From Cirrosporium novae-zelandiae (lineage: Eukaryota): a DNA stretch of 64,000 nt. The stretch is taken from the NCBI GenBank assembly GCA_026023565.1, contig JAPETS010000017.1, positions 248,001-312,000 of the forward strand, in the 5' to 3' direction. Both the position numbers and the translations under genes were made by a program. This document shows positions 39,970 through 51,258 of this stretch, piece by piece. The notes below the pieces were generated by a model that worked only from the letters and a program-made list of their open reading frames with translations, did no database searches and was not told where the DNA came from. Position 1 is the stretch's first letter. Every line of letters starts with the position of its first letter.

Positions 39970-40378
39970 CTAAGATGGCCCAGCTGCGTAGGTCTGTTCA
40001 ATAATATCAACATCCAACTCTTCCATAACGCTAATCACGACTCCAAGGCTTTCCATGAATCCATTGACAGCTACTCTCAGCATCCGATCTGTAGTAGCTT
40101 TATATTCAGTTCGGAGGATGGTCTTTCTATCCACCTCATCCTCATTGGCAGCATCATTTGGACAGGAAGCTGGGGTGATTAAGGACAACGACCGAGACAC
40201 AAGTTGTGATAGCTCAGCGTCGACTTCTAGAGCACGCAGAGCAGATGAAGCAAGACGATATGCTGGGAATGGAATTTCTAGAACGCTACAGTCTATCAGT
40301 GTGAAGTACGAGGGAGACAGACGAATAATGACCATACATGGAACAAGGAAATATAGGAACGCGGTTAATAGCGGCCAT
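39970..40378 (-). CDS. PCC1: KEOPS/EKC subunit Pcc1, about 118 aa
   Basis: Exons 40378-40338 and 40285-39970. Motifs LEIPFPAYRLASSALRALEVDAELS and YKATTDRMLRVAVNGFMESL. Confidence 0.9.
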
Positions 40379-40734
40379 GACAGTGGAGGTTCCTGAGTCA
40401 GGTGTTATTGGAATGGTTGAAATAAAGAAGTTGTGCGTTGTTGTTGCTATGCTTGATAATTTCAACTCGGTAAACAGTAGACTACAGGTTTCAAAATAAG
40501 ATCCGTGCGGTGTCCCACCTAAAGCGCCCCTTCCTAACTGAAATCAGAACATTGTTTACTTTTCTGATTATCTTACTTCTTCCCCAAACAAAATTATTGC
40601 TTCTTCCCCAAACAATTTCGAAGTGTCTTCGACTCTTTTTCAACTATATTATATATTGCTAAAAGGCATGATTCTTGATATCTTATTGTCTTATGCATCC
40701 TCCTAGTCCTGAATTCTATTGAGATTTCTGCAAT

Positions 40735-40757
40735 CCCCCCCCCCCCCCCCCCCCCCC
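40735..40757. repeat. Poly-C tract (23 nt) in the CDC14 leader/promoter
   Basis: Homopolymer read directly from the sequence. Confidence 0.85.
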
Positions 40758-40923
40758 AGAGTTGTTTCTCACTGTTGTTCGTGACTGCTGCCATCACATT
40801 CTCCATCAACCAGGTAAATTAAGCTGTCGCGCTCACTCGAGACTGCTTCAGAACGCCATTTCGTACTTTCCTGAAGTTCGTTATTGTTCCTACCTTTGAG
40901 AGGTCCTCGCCCCGCTGGCGAAG

Positions 40924-42928
40924 ATGCCTTCCCATACTTCGGGAAACAACAACTATGGGCAGGTCATAGAGTACATCCACAGTAAGCAAAACCCATCGCC
41001 GCCGATAGTTTGTCCTAATTTCGCATACAACCGGTGGTCTGATTTTAATGTTTGTCTTTAGATCGTCTCTACCTCGCCTCTTACACCCAAGCTCCAAGGG
41101 ACGACACGCCTTTCCCCTATCCTATCCCGGCAGCAAGGTCTCCCAGTAAAAGATCATCGAGGTCCCAACATGGCCCAACTGGACTCAAGTCAAACTTGCC
41201 CCCCCCCGTGTACTTCACAGTAGATGATGTTCTCTTGTACAACGCTTTTCACGCGGATTTTGGTCCTCTGCACATTGCGCATCTATACAGATTTTCTGTC
41301 TACTTCCACGAAATACTAGGTGACCCATTAAATCAAAGCAGGCCTGTGGTTTTCTGGAGCAAACCTGATCCTAGAAGTCGAGCGAATGCAGCATGTCTTG
41401 TTGCTTGTTACATGGTGATGATCCAACACTGGCCGCCACATTTAGCGCTAGCGCCTATCTCGCAAATGGATCCTCCTGTTATGCCATTCAGAGACGCGGG
41501 ATACAGCCAAGCCGACTACATCATAACTATCCAAGATGTGGTCTATGGAGTTTGGAAAGCTAAGGAGGAGGGCTTGTGTGGTCTCAAGGATTTCGATCTC
41601 GAGGAGTAAGCACTTTTTCTTACCGCAACTTGCTACTTAATCGTTGATTTTGGAAATTTAGGTACGAAAAATACGAGCGTGTTGATATGGGAGATTTCAA
41701 TTGGCTCACACCCCATTTTCTGGCATTTGCTTCACCGCAACATTCACCAACAAGCCAGATTTCATCCTCATCGTCGCTATACGCAAGCTTGCCGAAATCA
41801 GTAAACGACGTACTTACTACAGAGTTGCCCACACCTTTCAAAAATGTCTTAGCCCATTTCTCATCCAGAGATATCGGTCTTGTCGTGCGTTTGAATTCAG
41901 AACTCTATTCGTCATCATACTTTACTGCGCTTGGGATCCACCACTTGGATATGATCTTTGATGATGGAACTTGTCCTCCACTACCATTAGTCCGGAAGTT
42001 CATTAAGCTTGCCCATGACACGATTACAAATAAGGGGAAGGGTGTTGCCGTTCACTGTAAAGCTGGCTTGGGAAGAACTGGCTGTTTGATAGGAGCGTAC
42101 CTGATCTACAGGTACGGCTTCACAGCCAATGAAATCATTGCCTTTATGCGATTTATGAGACCTGGAATGGTTGTTGGACCACAGCAACACTGGCTACATC
42201 TTAACCAAGGGGCATTCCGAGAATGGTGGGTGGAAGACAAGCTGAGAAAGAAGCTTGCTGCAGCGATGCCAACCACCCCAACGAAGGAATCCCGATCGCG
42301 CAACCAATGTGCCACTCCGGGAAGTCAGCATAAGCGTGCAGCTTTAGGGGAAATCAACAATGAGGCTTCATCAGCTGCTAGTGCTCATATGGAAGAGAAC
42401 TTGCCAGCGCCCACGCCTGGCCAGCCTAGAAAGAGTGCTAGAGTTGAGTCTCGCCATCATCCATATTCACGCAACGCATCCACTGCCTACGGGATTGAAA
42501 ATGAGATGAACGAGAAGACGTCGACTGAGATGGTCTCTATGCGGGCACATCGTCAGAGTGAAGATGGAGCTGAGAGTGAGGAAGAGTACCAACTACGCAT
42601 GTTGACCAGGCGTCCTTCAAGATCTCCGAGCTCGAGTCCTGGCAAAGAGGCAATGAGGTCGATAAGCTATTCGACGACCACAACAACGACCATGTTTAGT
42701 GTCAGCGATAACGGTGCCATCCATGAAGACGTAGAGAACTGGCAAACAATTGATAAGACCAAGACCAAGACGCCGACACGAGCAAAAAGCGGTAACGGAA
42801 GTGGTACGATTGGCGTCCGCAAGGTCAGAGGTAACTCGAAGCGTACTGTTAGCAAGGGAGAAGGCAATGGAGTCAGAAAGACAAGCGGAAGAGTAGCTTC
42901 CGGTGGGTTGAGCACGAAAACGAAATAG
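40924..42928 (+). CDS. CDC14: Dual-specificity phosphatase Cdc14/Clp1, about 622 aa
   Basis: Exons 40924-40981, 41062-41605 and 41662-42928. Motifs YNAFHADFGPL, PFRDAGY, GDFNW, catalytic VHCKAGLGRTG, RPGMVVGPQQHWL. Confidence 0.97.
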
Positions 42929-44535
42929 CCAACTACTAGGATTGGACTTTCTCCTTCAGATACATTGGCATGGGATTGCATTGTTGGAAAGGATACATTA
43001 TACTACGGCGGCCAATTCGGCGTTCAATGTTGTGCGATTGTTTGTTTCGGGGGTAGCTAGTCGTCTATTGTTGCTGGTCAGTGTTTGCGATACTGATACA
43101 GAGGATGTTAATTATTGATTGTGATTGTTTGGGGATACCTATGTGAGACGACATTTCCTTTGTTTACACTTCTGATGGTCGCGGGACGCAACGTTGTTTT
43201 CTGCTCTGAACTTGACTGGTTTTGCTGGTACGCACAGCACACACAGACACGCATGAACAAGGCGAGTGGAAGCGCCTTGGGGCAGGGGGGATTGATTGAT
43301 TGCCTTGATTTATTTGCAACAGGTATGCTGGAATTTGAAAGCTTTTCGCAGCGGCGCAAAATGAGGAAAACGGAATAGGGGTGTAAGGGGTTTTTCAACA
43401 GTATGGTATGGATGGATGTTATGGGATGATTGATTATTATTGCTAGCAAGTCCAGTCAGTCAGGGAGCTTTGGTTCCAACGTTTCCGCCTTCGCTATGAG
43501 ATGTACGATCATGGCATGAGTTTAATGTGCTTGACGTGAATTCAGTTTTAATCAAAACCGAACCGATATTTTTGTTCCTTTTTTTCTTGTAGGAAATTGA
43601 GATTAGGGATGTAGAGTTCACCCTTTTTTCTAAACGAATGAATGCTTTGTAGAATCTAGACTACTTGATAGAGTGTGTGCATATGGTTTTACCGATATTA
43701 TGTCCGATGACGTCACGGGGAATACCGAAGATGATGGCTGAACTTGGCAAGGAAATTCCGACCTAGTTTTATTTAATTAAGCACGGCGGGTACTTCTGAG
43801 TACCTTTTATTGAATGGAAAATGCCCCCTGCCTAACTCATCTTTTCGCTGTCGTTTATCAAATATAATAATAATAATTAATAAGTACTTACCAGTGTACC
43901 AGACGGCCATCTATCGTATCTATCCTTTGGAAATCTATTCCAGGGTATGGAAGTTAGGTACCTAGGTACCTAAGGTGGTTCTTCTTCTGCCTATGTTAAT
44001 TAATGTTTAGGAGACATAGCAAATACAGATACAGACTAATCTGTCTATCTTTTCTATGTAGTAATGAATTGTTGCTTTTTGATATATCAATTGTATAAGG
44101 ATCACGTACAAAATATCATGTCATATCATAAAAAAACATTCGGCATTTCAATTCATCCATCTAGGATTTCCTCCCATACCAATCAACCACAACCATAGCA
44201 TAGCAGGACTGGCATGAAATGTATGTTCGACCCTTAAGAAGTGAGGGGGGGGGGGGTTAGGATTGTTAAGACAAACAAGTAGAGAAAGGGTGAACGATGG
44301 GGAAATAAAAGAACTTAGAAGAAAACGGGTAATCCAAAGGGGATGGAAGGTATGCTATTCTAAAATCAATATGAAAAAAGAGTATAGCTATTCTTGTCTT
44401 CTTGTGAAAAGTAAAGGCCGAGTTTAATAAATTGCGGAGCATGGAAACTAGCTCACCCCCACATATTCGAACGTAGAAAAGATAGAATAGAAATTGGTCT
44501 AGTTTTGATCGTTTTTTTTTAAGATTCGCTAGGCA

Positions 44536-45584
44536 TTAGGCCAGCGGCGGCCATATGTTCTGGAGCCAGTAGCTGAATCTCTGAGGTACGATGGCCGGTA
44601 ACATGGTGTTCGCGTTTGGGCTCTGGAAGTCATACCGGCCTTGGGCAGTCGCTATCAATGTATGAAGTCGAATCTGCTGCCTATAGTCTCCGGCGATTTG
44701 GGCGTATGTAAGCTCTGGCTGAAGACTCTCGGGTGAATAGCTTGTCACCTGAAACGGTTGCCCTGGGAAGAATGAGCAGAGGTCCTATTATCCTATTTGT
44801 TGTTTTAGATGATTGACTAACCTCTAACCATAGAAGCAACTTGAACAACTTCAGCGGTAGTCATCCTTTCGCCACACATCCGCAGTTCTATCGGCCAGTG
44901 TTGGAGGTTATTGACCGCTGCCACGATAAAACGAGCCAGGTCGTTTGCCGATGTCATGCAGATATGAACTGCTTGTCCCGCGGGGGTGTAATAGGGAATG
45001 CGTGCTGTCAGGTTTCGAATGTTCATGAGATAGTCTCCTTCATTACCCGCACCACAGCCGAATCCAATTTGACTAGAAACCATGCCACCTTGGGCAAATC
45101 TTTCATACAAAATACCGCAGGCAAAAACACAGTATTCCATTCCGCTAGTTTGCTTGAGCTGGTGGAGTAGGTTAAGGTTGTGAGATTTCCCTCGATCTAA
45201 GAGCCCCCCAGCAGGCCTTTGGGTGTGACTTCCTTCAAACTCGGATGGCGCAAACTTTCGGACGCCCACAGCCGCAGCGGCCTGGATTAGGTTCAACTGC
45301 GGTGGTCCAGAAACAGTTGACAGGACTACGTCAACGCCTGTGAGTTGGTATTGAAGGTCATTTTGGTCTGAGTAGTTCACAGGTATGATCTGATATCCGG
45401 TTCCTTGCTCAATCTGTGGTTTAGGCTATCGGAATATCAGCATAAGCATGACTCCTTTTTCTTATGAGACAAGACAGACAGATCTAGAAAGGAGGAAGAA
45501 CTGATGATTTGTAGTTGTTGATAGATAGTATGCGATAAGCTGGGCTAAGCCGGACGTTCCAGCGATCGCGATCCTCTGCATCAT
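44536..45584 (-). CDS. NmrA-like / isoflavone-reductase-family NAD(P)-binding protein, about 311 aa
   Basis: Exons 45584-45480, 45425-44822 and 44762-44536. Motifs RIAIAGTSGLA, GVDVVLSTVSG, QLNLIQAAAAVGVRKFAPSEFEG. Confidence 0.85.
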
Positions 45585-47244
45585 CAATGGCTGTGTCGTT
45601 TAGGGGAAGTTGTTAAACAGATTATATGAACTCTTAGAACAAAAGATAGCAAAAATTACGGTTCAGGGGTAGACTTTAGAAAGAGAGGTGAGCTCTGAAG
45701 GGAGGTTTACAGAAGGGGGGCATAAGAGTACAACATAGACAAAATCCTTCTGGGAGCCGTATGATAAAGGAGCGTGTGAGTCAAAAATAGGCATTAATGC
45801 AAATATTATCATATAAATTAATCCTCATATTGTATAGGCTTGTGGAACTTTTCTCGTCCACAGAGAATGCAGAAACAGGTATGTGAAAGGGATAATGCAC
45901 GACTCCCCCAATTAGGTGGCTTAAAGGAATGGCTCATCCTAACGGCATGACAGTATAGAAAATGAAAACCGGGGCAATGGCAAGGTGTATTTCATTTAGT
46001 CTGCCAATAGCAGTCCAGAATTGCCTGTTAGAATGGAAACATCTGGGGCACATCAATCAGTGCGAAAAAAAATCTTCTCGAGGCGATCGCAATCGACGCG
46101 ATTTCATGAGACTCGGGAGGGTGGGATTTGAGATTTTGAGCCTCAATGTTACCAAGTAGTTTTGTCATAGATCCATCCAAGACTGAAGAAATTCTGAAAC
46201 TTTGGAGCAAGATCGGACATGCCAGAGTGAGTGCCAATCGGAAATGTCAAAGCTCACCTTCTCCGAAGATGTTGCACTTAACCGGCAAAGACATAGTCTT
46301 CTAATTGAAAGGATGACGTTCAAGTATTCCCTCTAAAAAGTGCGTTAGGCCTCCCCGACAGATATCCTTGACCCAAGCAAATAATCGAACGGAACTGGAG
46401 ATGCTGTCAGCAAACTATTCCGGTAAGAGTCAGTAAGTCTTGCTAGGAAAAGATTCCTAACTCTTATTTCCTAACCAATAAGATGAAGAAAGAGATGAAT
46501 GAGGGCGCAGAACAGCCCAGGCAACTCACAGAGACAGAGTTTCTGGGTTAACCATCGGAACATGAGACCCACGCCAATAGCCTTACCCGTCTGCATCGGG
46601 TTCTTAACCATAGGGCCGGGGGATATCATCAAGTAATATGATTTTGGAAGATAAGCTAGGTAGAATGTGCCTTGTAGAACTTGTGGAACTTGTGGAGGGT
46701 ATAGTAGTTGCCTTGCAGTAATGAAAGATATCTATACAAATAGATTATTTACATTCAGCCTTATAAGAGAGATAGAGGGGGGGGGTCATAAATGGCCCCC
46801 AAACAGCCAAGGACTTGAGTCTAGTCCAGTAACCATTGGGTGGGATGTAGAAATACATAAGCACTGGCCATAATCCCAGTTGCCTAATAAGAAGAAGACG
46901 ATAATGATGTTGATGATGACGAAACAAGATAATTCTAGGCAGAAATGGATCAAAAGACAAGAGGTGGCAGAAGTGGACAGAAGTACTTTGTCACTGCAAT
47001 CAATCATGTATGCAATAAAGTCAATTCATCTGATGGAAGAAAAGCAGATGGGACAAATGAAGAAGGTGGGGATGTGCAAATTGTCAAGTGTCCAAGGGTG
47101 GGAAATGTACGAAATGTTGAAATGTCGAGATGGTTTTACACGTAGAGAGGTTAGAGTTGTTCATAAAGAAAGCCTTAGGCAGAAAGAAGGAAAGCGTGAG
47201 CATTTAATTATGAGTCTACGACCAAAGTAGTTGATTCAAGAAGG

Positions 47245-48080
47245 GCGCGTGAGTGTTTTTTTGAAGCTGACAATTACTTTGGTATATTCTAAGGAATTGA
47301 TAGAGTTTTGATCATGACATGGCTGCATCTACTTTATGTACTAATATACTTTAGAGCATAAGACCCAGTATTGCCCAATGCCCCCCCCCAATGCTTTGCT
47401 GCAAGCTGTTTATCTTTTCGACATGAATCCCACCAACCAATTACTCAGATTACTCTTTTCAATTTTCCGATTCGAGAGATTGACCCATTTAATTAATGAT
47501 TTAACAAAAACCACTTTAACCCACTTTTAGGGTAATCCAAAAGAAAAGAAGAAGGAATTAAAAAAAAAACACGTCTAAACTAACTATCGCGTCCATTAAA
47601 CATCATTATAATAATAATTGACCCCTCTCGCTTTACCACGACTCACCACATATACTCACACACACATTGACAATCAAGAGCCACTTTAAAAAATAATATT
47701 AATCATCAAATCACTAATTAATATCAAAAAACGCGTCACTCCAATTGGGCATATCGATAACAGCAAAGCTGGGTATCAATTTAGTCTATCTGTAATTTAC
47801 TGTATGTACTATCTTTTCTCTGAATTGATTCAAGGACATGCCACCTAGGAATGAGGGTCCCTTTCCCTTGAGGGCCCATATATAGAAAAAAATCAAGGAA
47901 ATCAAATAAGATACTATGGCTCAATCAGTAATAGAAAGAAAGAGAAGAAAAAATTTGCACTGGAAATACGGGTGTAGCGTAGTCGACGTGTACATTTGCG
48001 GGTGGCTTTGAACAGGCACGGTGCCTCCACTCGCTGTTTATGCCGCGCGATCTCCGCATATTTGGGACCGTGACGCGAAA
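47245..48080. promoter_or_regulatory. Cluster of MCB/SCB-like CGCG elements upstream of the homeobox gene
   Basis: GCGCGT 47245, TCGCGT 47587, ACGCGT 47731, CGCGCG 48044 and ACGCGAAA 48073, in an otherwise AT-rich region. Confidence 0.6.
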
Positions 48081-48308
48081 GGGAATCATTTCATCTGTTA
48101 AGTCAAACTTCACAACCTTTTCCCACTTCAAACAACAACTTGCCCATATTTCAACTCCAAGCATCGCCTGCTTTTTCTTTTCCCTTTTTCCACACTACCT
48201 GACATGCTCTCGATATTATACTAATTAATCATTGTTCCTATTTCACTCATCAATCCATCTCCTCCTCCCCCCCCCCACTCAACCTACCCACCCCCCCCCA
48301 TCGAAGCT

Positions 48309-50271
48309 ATGAGTGAATCTGCTCCACCTCGCCCGCACCTACCATCGCTCCCCGAGAGCGCTTTTGATTCGGTCAAGCATAAATTGACATTTTATAATCA
48401 TTCCCAAGATACTGTACCTCAGAACTTACCTCCTACGGTAGACAACAAGGGTCTAGTGAGACAAAAGCGTCGACGAACCAGGTGTGTTTTCCATATCTAC
48501 CCCATCTCAAGCCACCTCGCTGGAGCCTATATTGCTTTTGCCAATAAATTCTCGACCAGCTTTCCAGTCCCAAATTTCAATTCAGTTTGCTAATTAGATT
48601 CCATCATACAGTCCACAAGATCATGCAATCCTAGAAGCCGAATACAGAAAAAATCCTAAGCCCGATAAGGCGGCGCGTCTAGAAATCGTGGATCGAGTTG
48701 CTTTGGGTGAGAAGGAAGTTCAGGTCCGTGTTACCACGTTAACATATACTCTTTGGTTGCTTAGCATTGATGGGGAATCGTGATACTGACGCGAGATGTA
48801 GATATGGTTCCAAAATCGACGCCAGAATGACCGCCGCAAGTCAAGACCACTTCTTCCCCACGAACTGACTGCATATTACCAACCTCCTATGGGTATGCAG
48901 CCCTCAACTATATATCAAGGGGGAATATATCACCCTCATCTCAATCAACCAGGAGCGACATCATCGAATTCTGTGGATGGACAGAAAGCTCCAATTGGCT
49001 CGTCCGTGTCAAAATTGCAAGAAACACCACGCGGCAATGGAAACGATAAGTGCTCCAGTCAACGATTCAACCATGAACAATTGTCCCAATCAACCGTACT
49101 TTCCTCCAGTACTCCAGAGAACAGAATTTCTATTACACCCGACAATGGTTTAAATCGATTCCTTCCCCTCTCCCAAGGTCGTGCCACCGAAGTAGGGTAC
49201 CTCTCAAACCGTAGAAGCGCTGCAGCTGCTCTTCAGCGAGCATCCTCGTTCACGCAGACTCCTCTTTTCCATAGCTCACCCTTGCCATATCCGCACAAGA
49301 ACTCTACTTCCCATATAAAACTATCCATGTCTCTTGAGGGAAAAGCCAAAGTCATCACTTCAGACGATAGCAGCTCCCCCTCGCCACCTCGCACACTCCC
49401 TCCCCTTTTATCTTTCGGCTCCATGCCTACGCCTCGTCCGTTCAATAGTCTTCAAAGAAGTCGCAGCATAGCCTCCCCGTCAGAACTGTCACGCCAACAA
49501 TCCCAACTCTCCAGCCCCCAATCTCCCTGGCTGCACAGAACTCCCAGTTCACAAAACTGGGACTACTACAATGACAATGACAATGATGCTCGTGACGCGT
49601 TGTCAGCCCAAAACTCGAGCAGTCAACCCGGCTCTGCTCTTAGTGCTATTGAGATCATCCGTGCATCCAGTGCTCACAAGAAAATCTTAACTCCCAACCC
49701 TAAAAAACGTAACGCCCAACCTTTGATACGACCAGACGTCTCAGCCAAACGCCAGAAACCTTCTCCACCTTCCGAAATACCAACACCTTCTCGAGATTTG
49801 TCTTCGACTCAACGCCTTCAGTCGCCCACTGTGGCCCATACGGCTAAAAAATCAAAGATATCCCGTTGCTCTAGTACTGTGTCTATCTATCGTTCCCCTT
49901 CAGCTGGTGATTCCGACAAAGAGAACTGGGAACCGGGGACTCAATATCATCCACGGCGTCAACACCCTAATCCCAACCCAAATCCAAACACGCAATCTCG
50001 CCGTACAGTTTTCAAAGAGAATTCCTATATCCCAAGCCATAGCAACAGCATTGGGGCATATCTTTCTGAACTACAGAACAGCAACAATATCAAAACGCGT
50101 CATGTAAATCAGCAGAACGAGAATCTTCAGGGTGGAGGTAGGAGCGAACGCGACCAAGAAGAGGAAGAGGTTGAAAGATTCATGGCCGGAGGTAGGAATC
50201 GGGATAAGGGAGATGATGATCTGGGGGCTATTCAAGGACTGCTATCGTTGAGTCAGGGGGCTTGGCGGTGA
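48309..50271 (+). CDS. YOX1: Homeobox transcription factor, Yox1/Yhp1-like, about 584 aa
   Basis: Exons 48309-48481, 48612-48723 and 48802-50271. Homeodomain RQKRRRTSPQDHAILEAEYRKNPKPDKAARLEIVDRVALGEKEVQIWFQNRRQNDRRK; KEN motif (SDKENW); C-terminus IQGLLSLSQGAWR. Confidence 0.85.
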
Positions 50272-51258
50272 CAAGAATTGAGAAAAGAGTCAAATGAATG
50301 TCAAGGATTAATCTGCTGAAATGTTGTTTTCTCGGGGATGACATTCATTTATCATTGAACCTTGGACATCTCACCTGGATACTGATAATGATACTTCTCC
50401 TAATGTTTTGGTTGAGATGGGAAGTATTCAATATCCTAGGTACTGCTTTTCTTGCGAAGGGAGTGAATATAAAAAAAAAGAACAGCATTGTTTTCATGAT
50501 GGAATAAAAAGGGACTTGTAAGGGTGAGATTTCCGTTCACCAATACTGCTTTTTGTTATTGCATAAAAATTCCCAGGGGTTTTTTCTTTTTTCTTTTCCT
50601 TTTCTCTTGACTTATAGCAATGAGGAATTGGCGGCTTGGCTTATTTTCTACGGATTCAGATTCAGGTGTTAGATAACTTGAACGGGTATCGCATTGCATT
50701 GAATTGAACGGAATTGGGTTTGGGAGGAGTTGGTTGGCATTATCTATCTATCAGCGTTCTGGTTCTGATCTGGTTTTTGAGTGAGAGTGGGAGTTGGAGT
50801 GGAGTAAAAATCATTAGGCTCAGGCTCAGGGAATAATATCTCAGGAACGGACGGCCCGCAAAATGACAAGTCATGCATCATCATCCCATCCACCTCCACC
50901 TTTGTACTTCGTATTGTGTTGTGTTACGTATCCCATATCCATATCCCATATCCATCATCTTAAGACCGGTCGGTAGTGTAGTAGTTTGGAAGAGGATTAG
51001 AAGAAGAAGTAGGAGAAGGGAGAGAAGGGAGGAAAGAGCCCATCCATCTAGTAAAGCTGCTTGCTTGCTCTAGAAGTTTCAAAAAGGAAAAGAAGAAAAG
51101 AAGAAAGAAAAAAACATGGAAGGGATAAGGGGAACCAAAACTAAAAAGTCTACAAGTCCAAAAAAAAAAAAGTAGACTAGCTTTCTCTTTGGTTCTTGTA
51201 TATGGTTTTTTCCAATCCTCTCTCCAACCCCGAACCCCCAAGTTCTTCCATCTTCCTT

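Noticed and set aside
4761..40378. EFM7, KTI12 and PCC1 as a translation/tRNA-modification cluster
   Set aside because: Spread over 35 kb with unrelated genes between them; likely chance.
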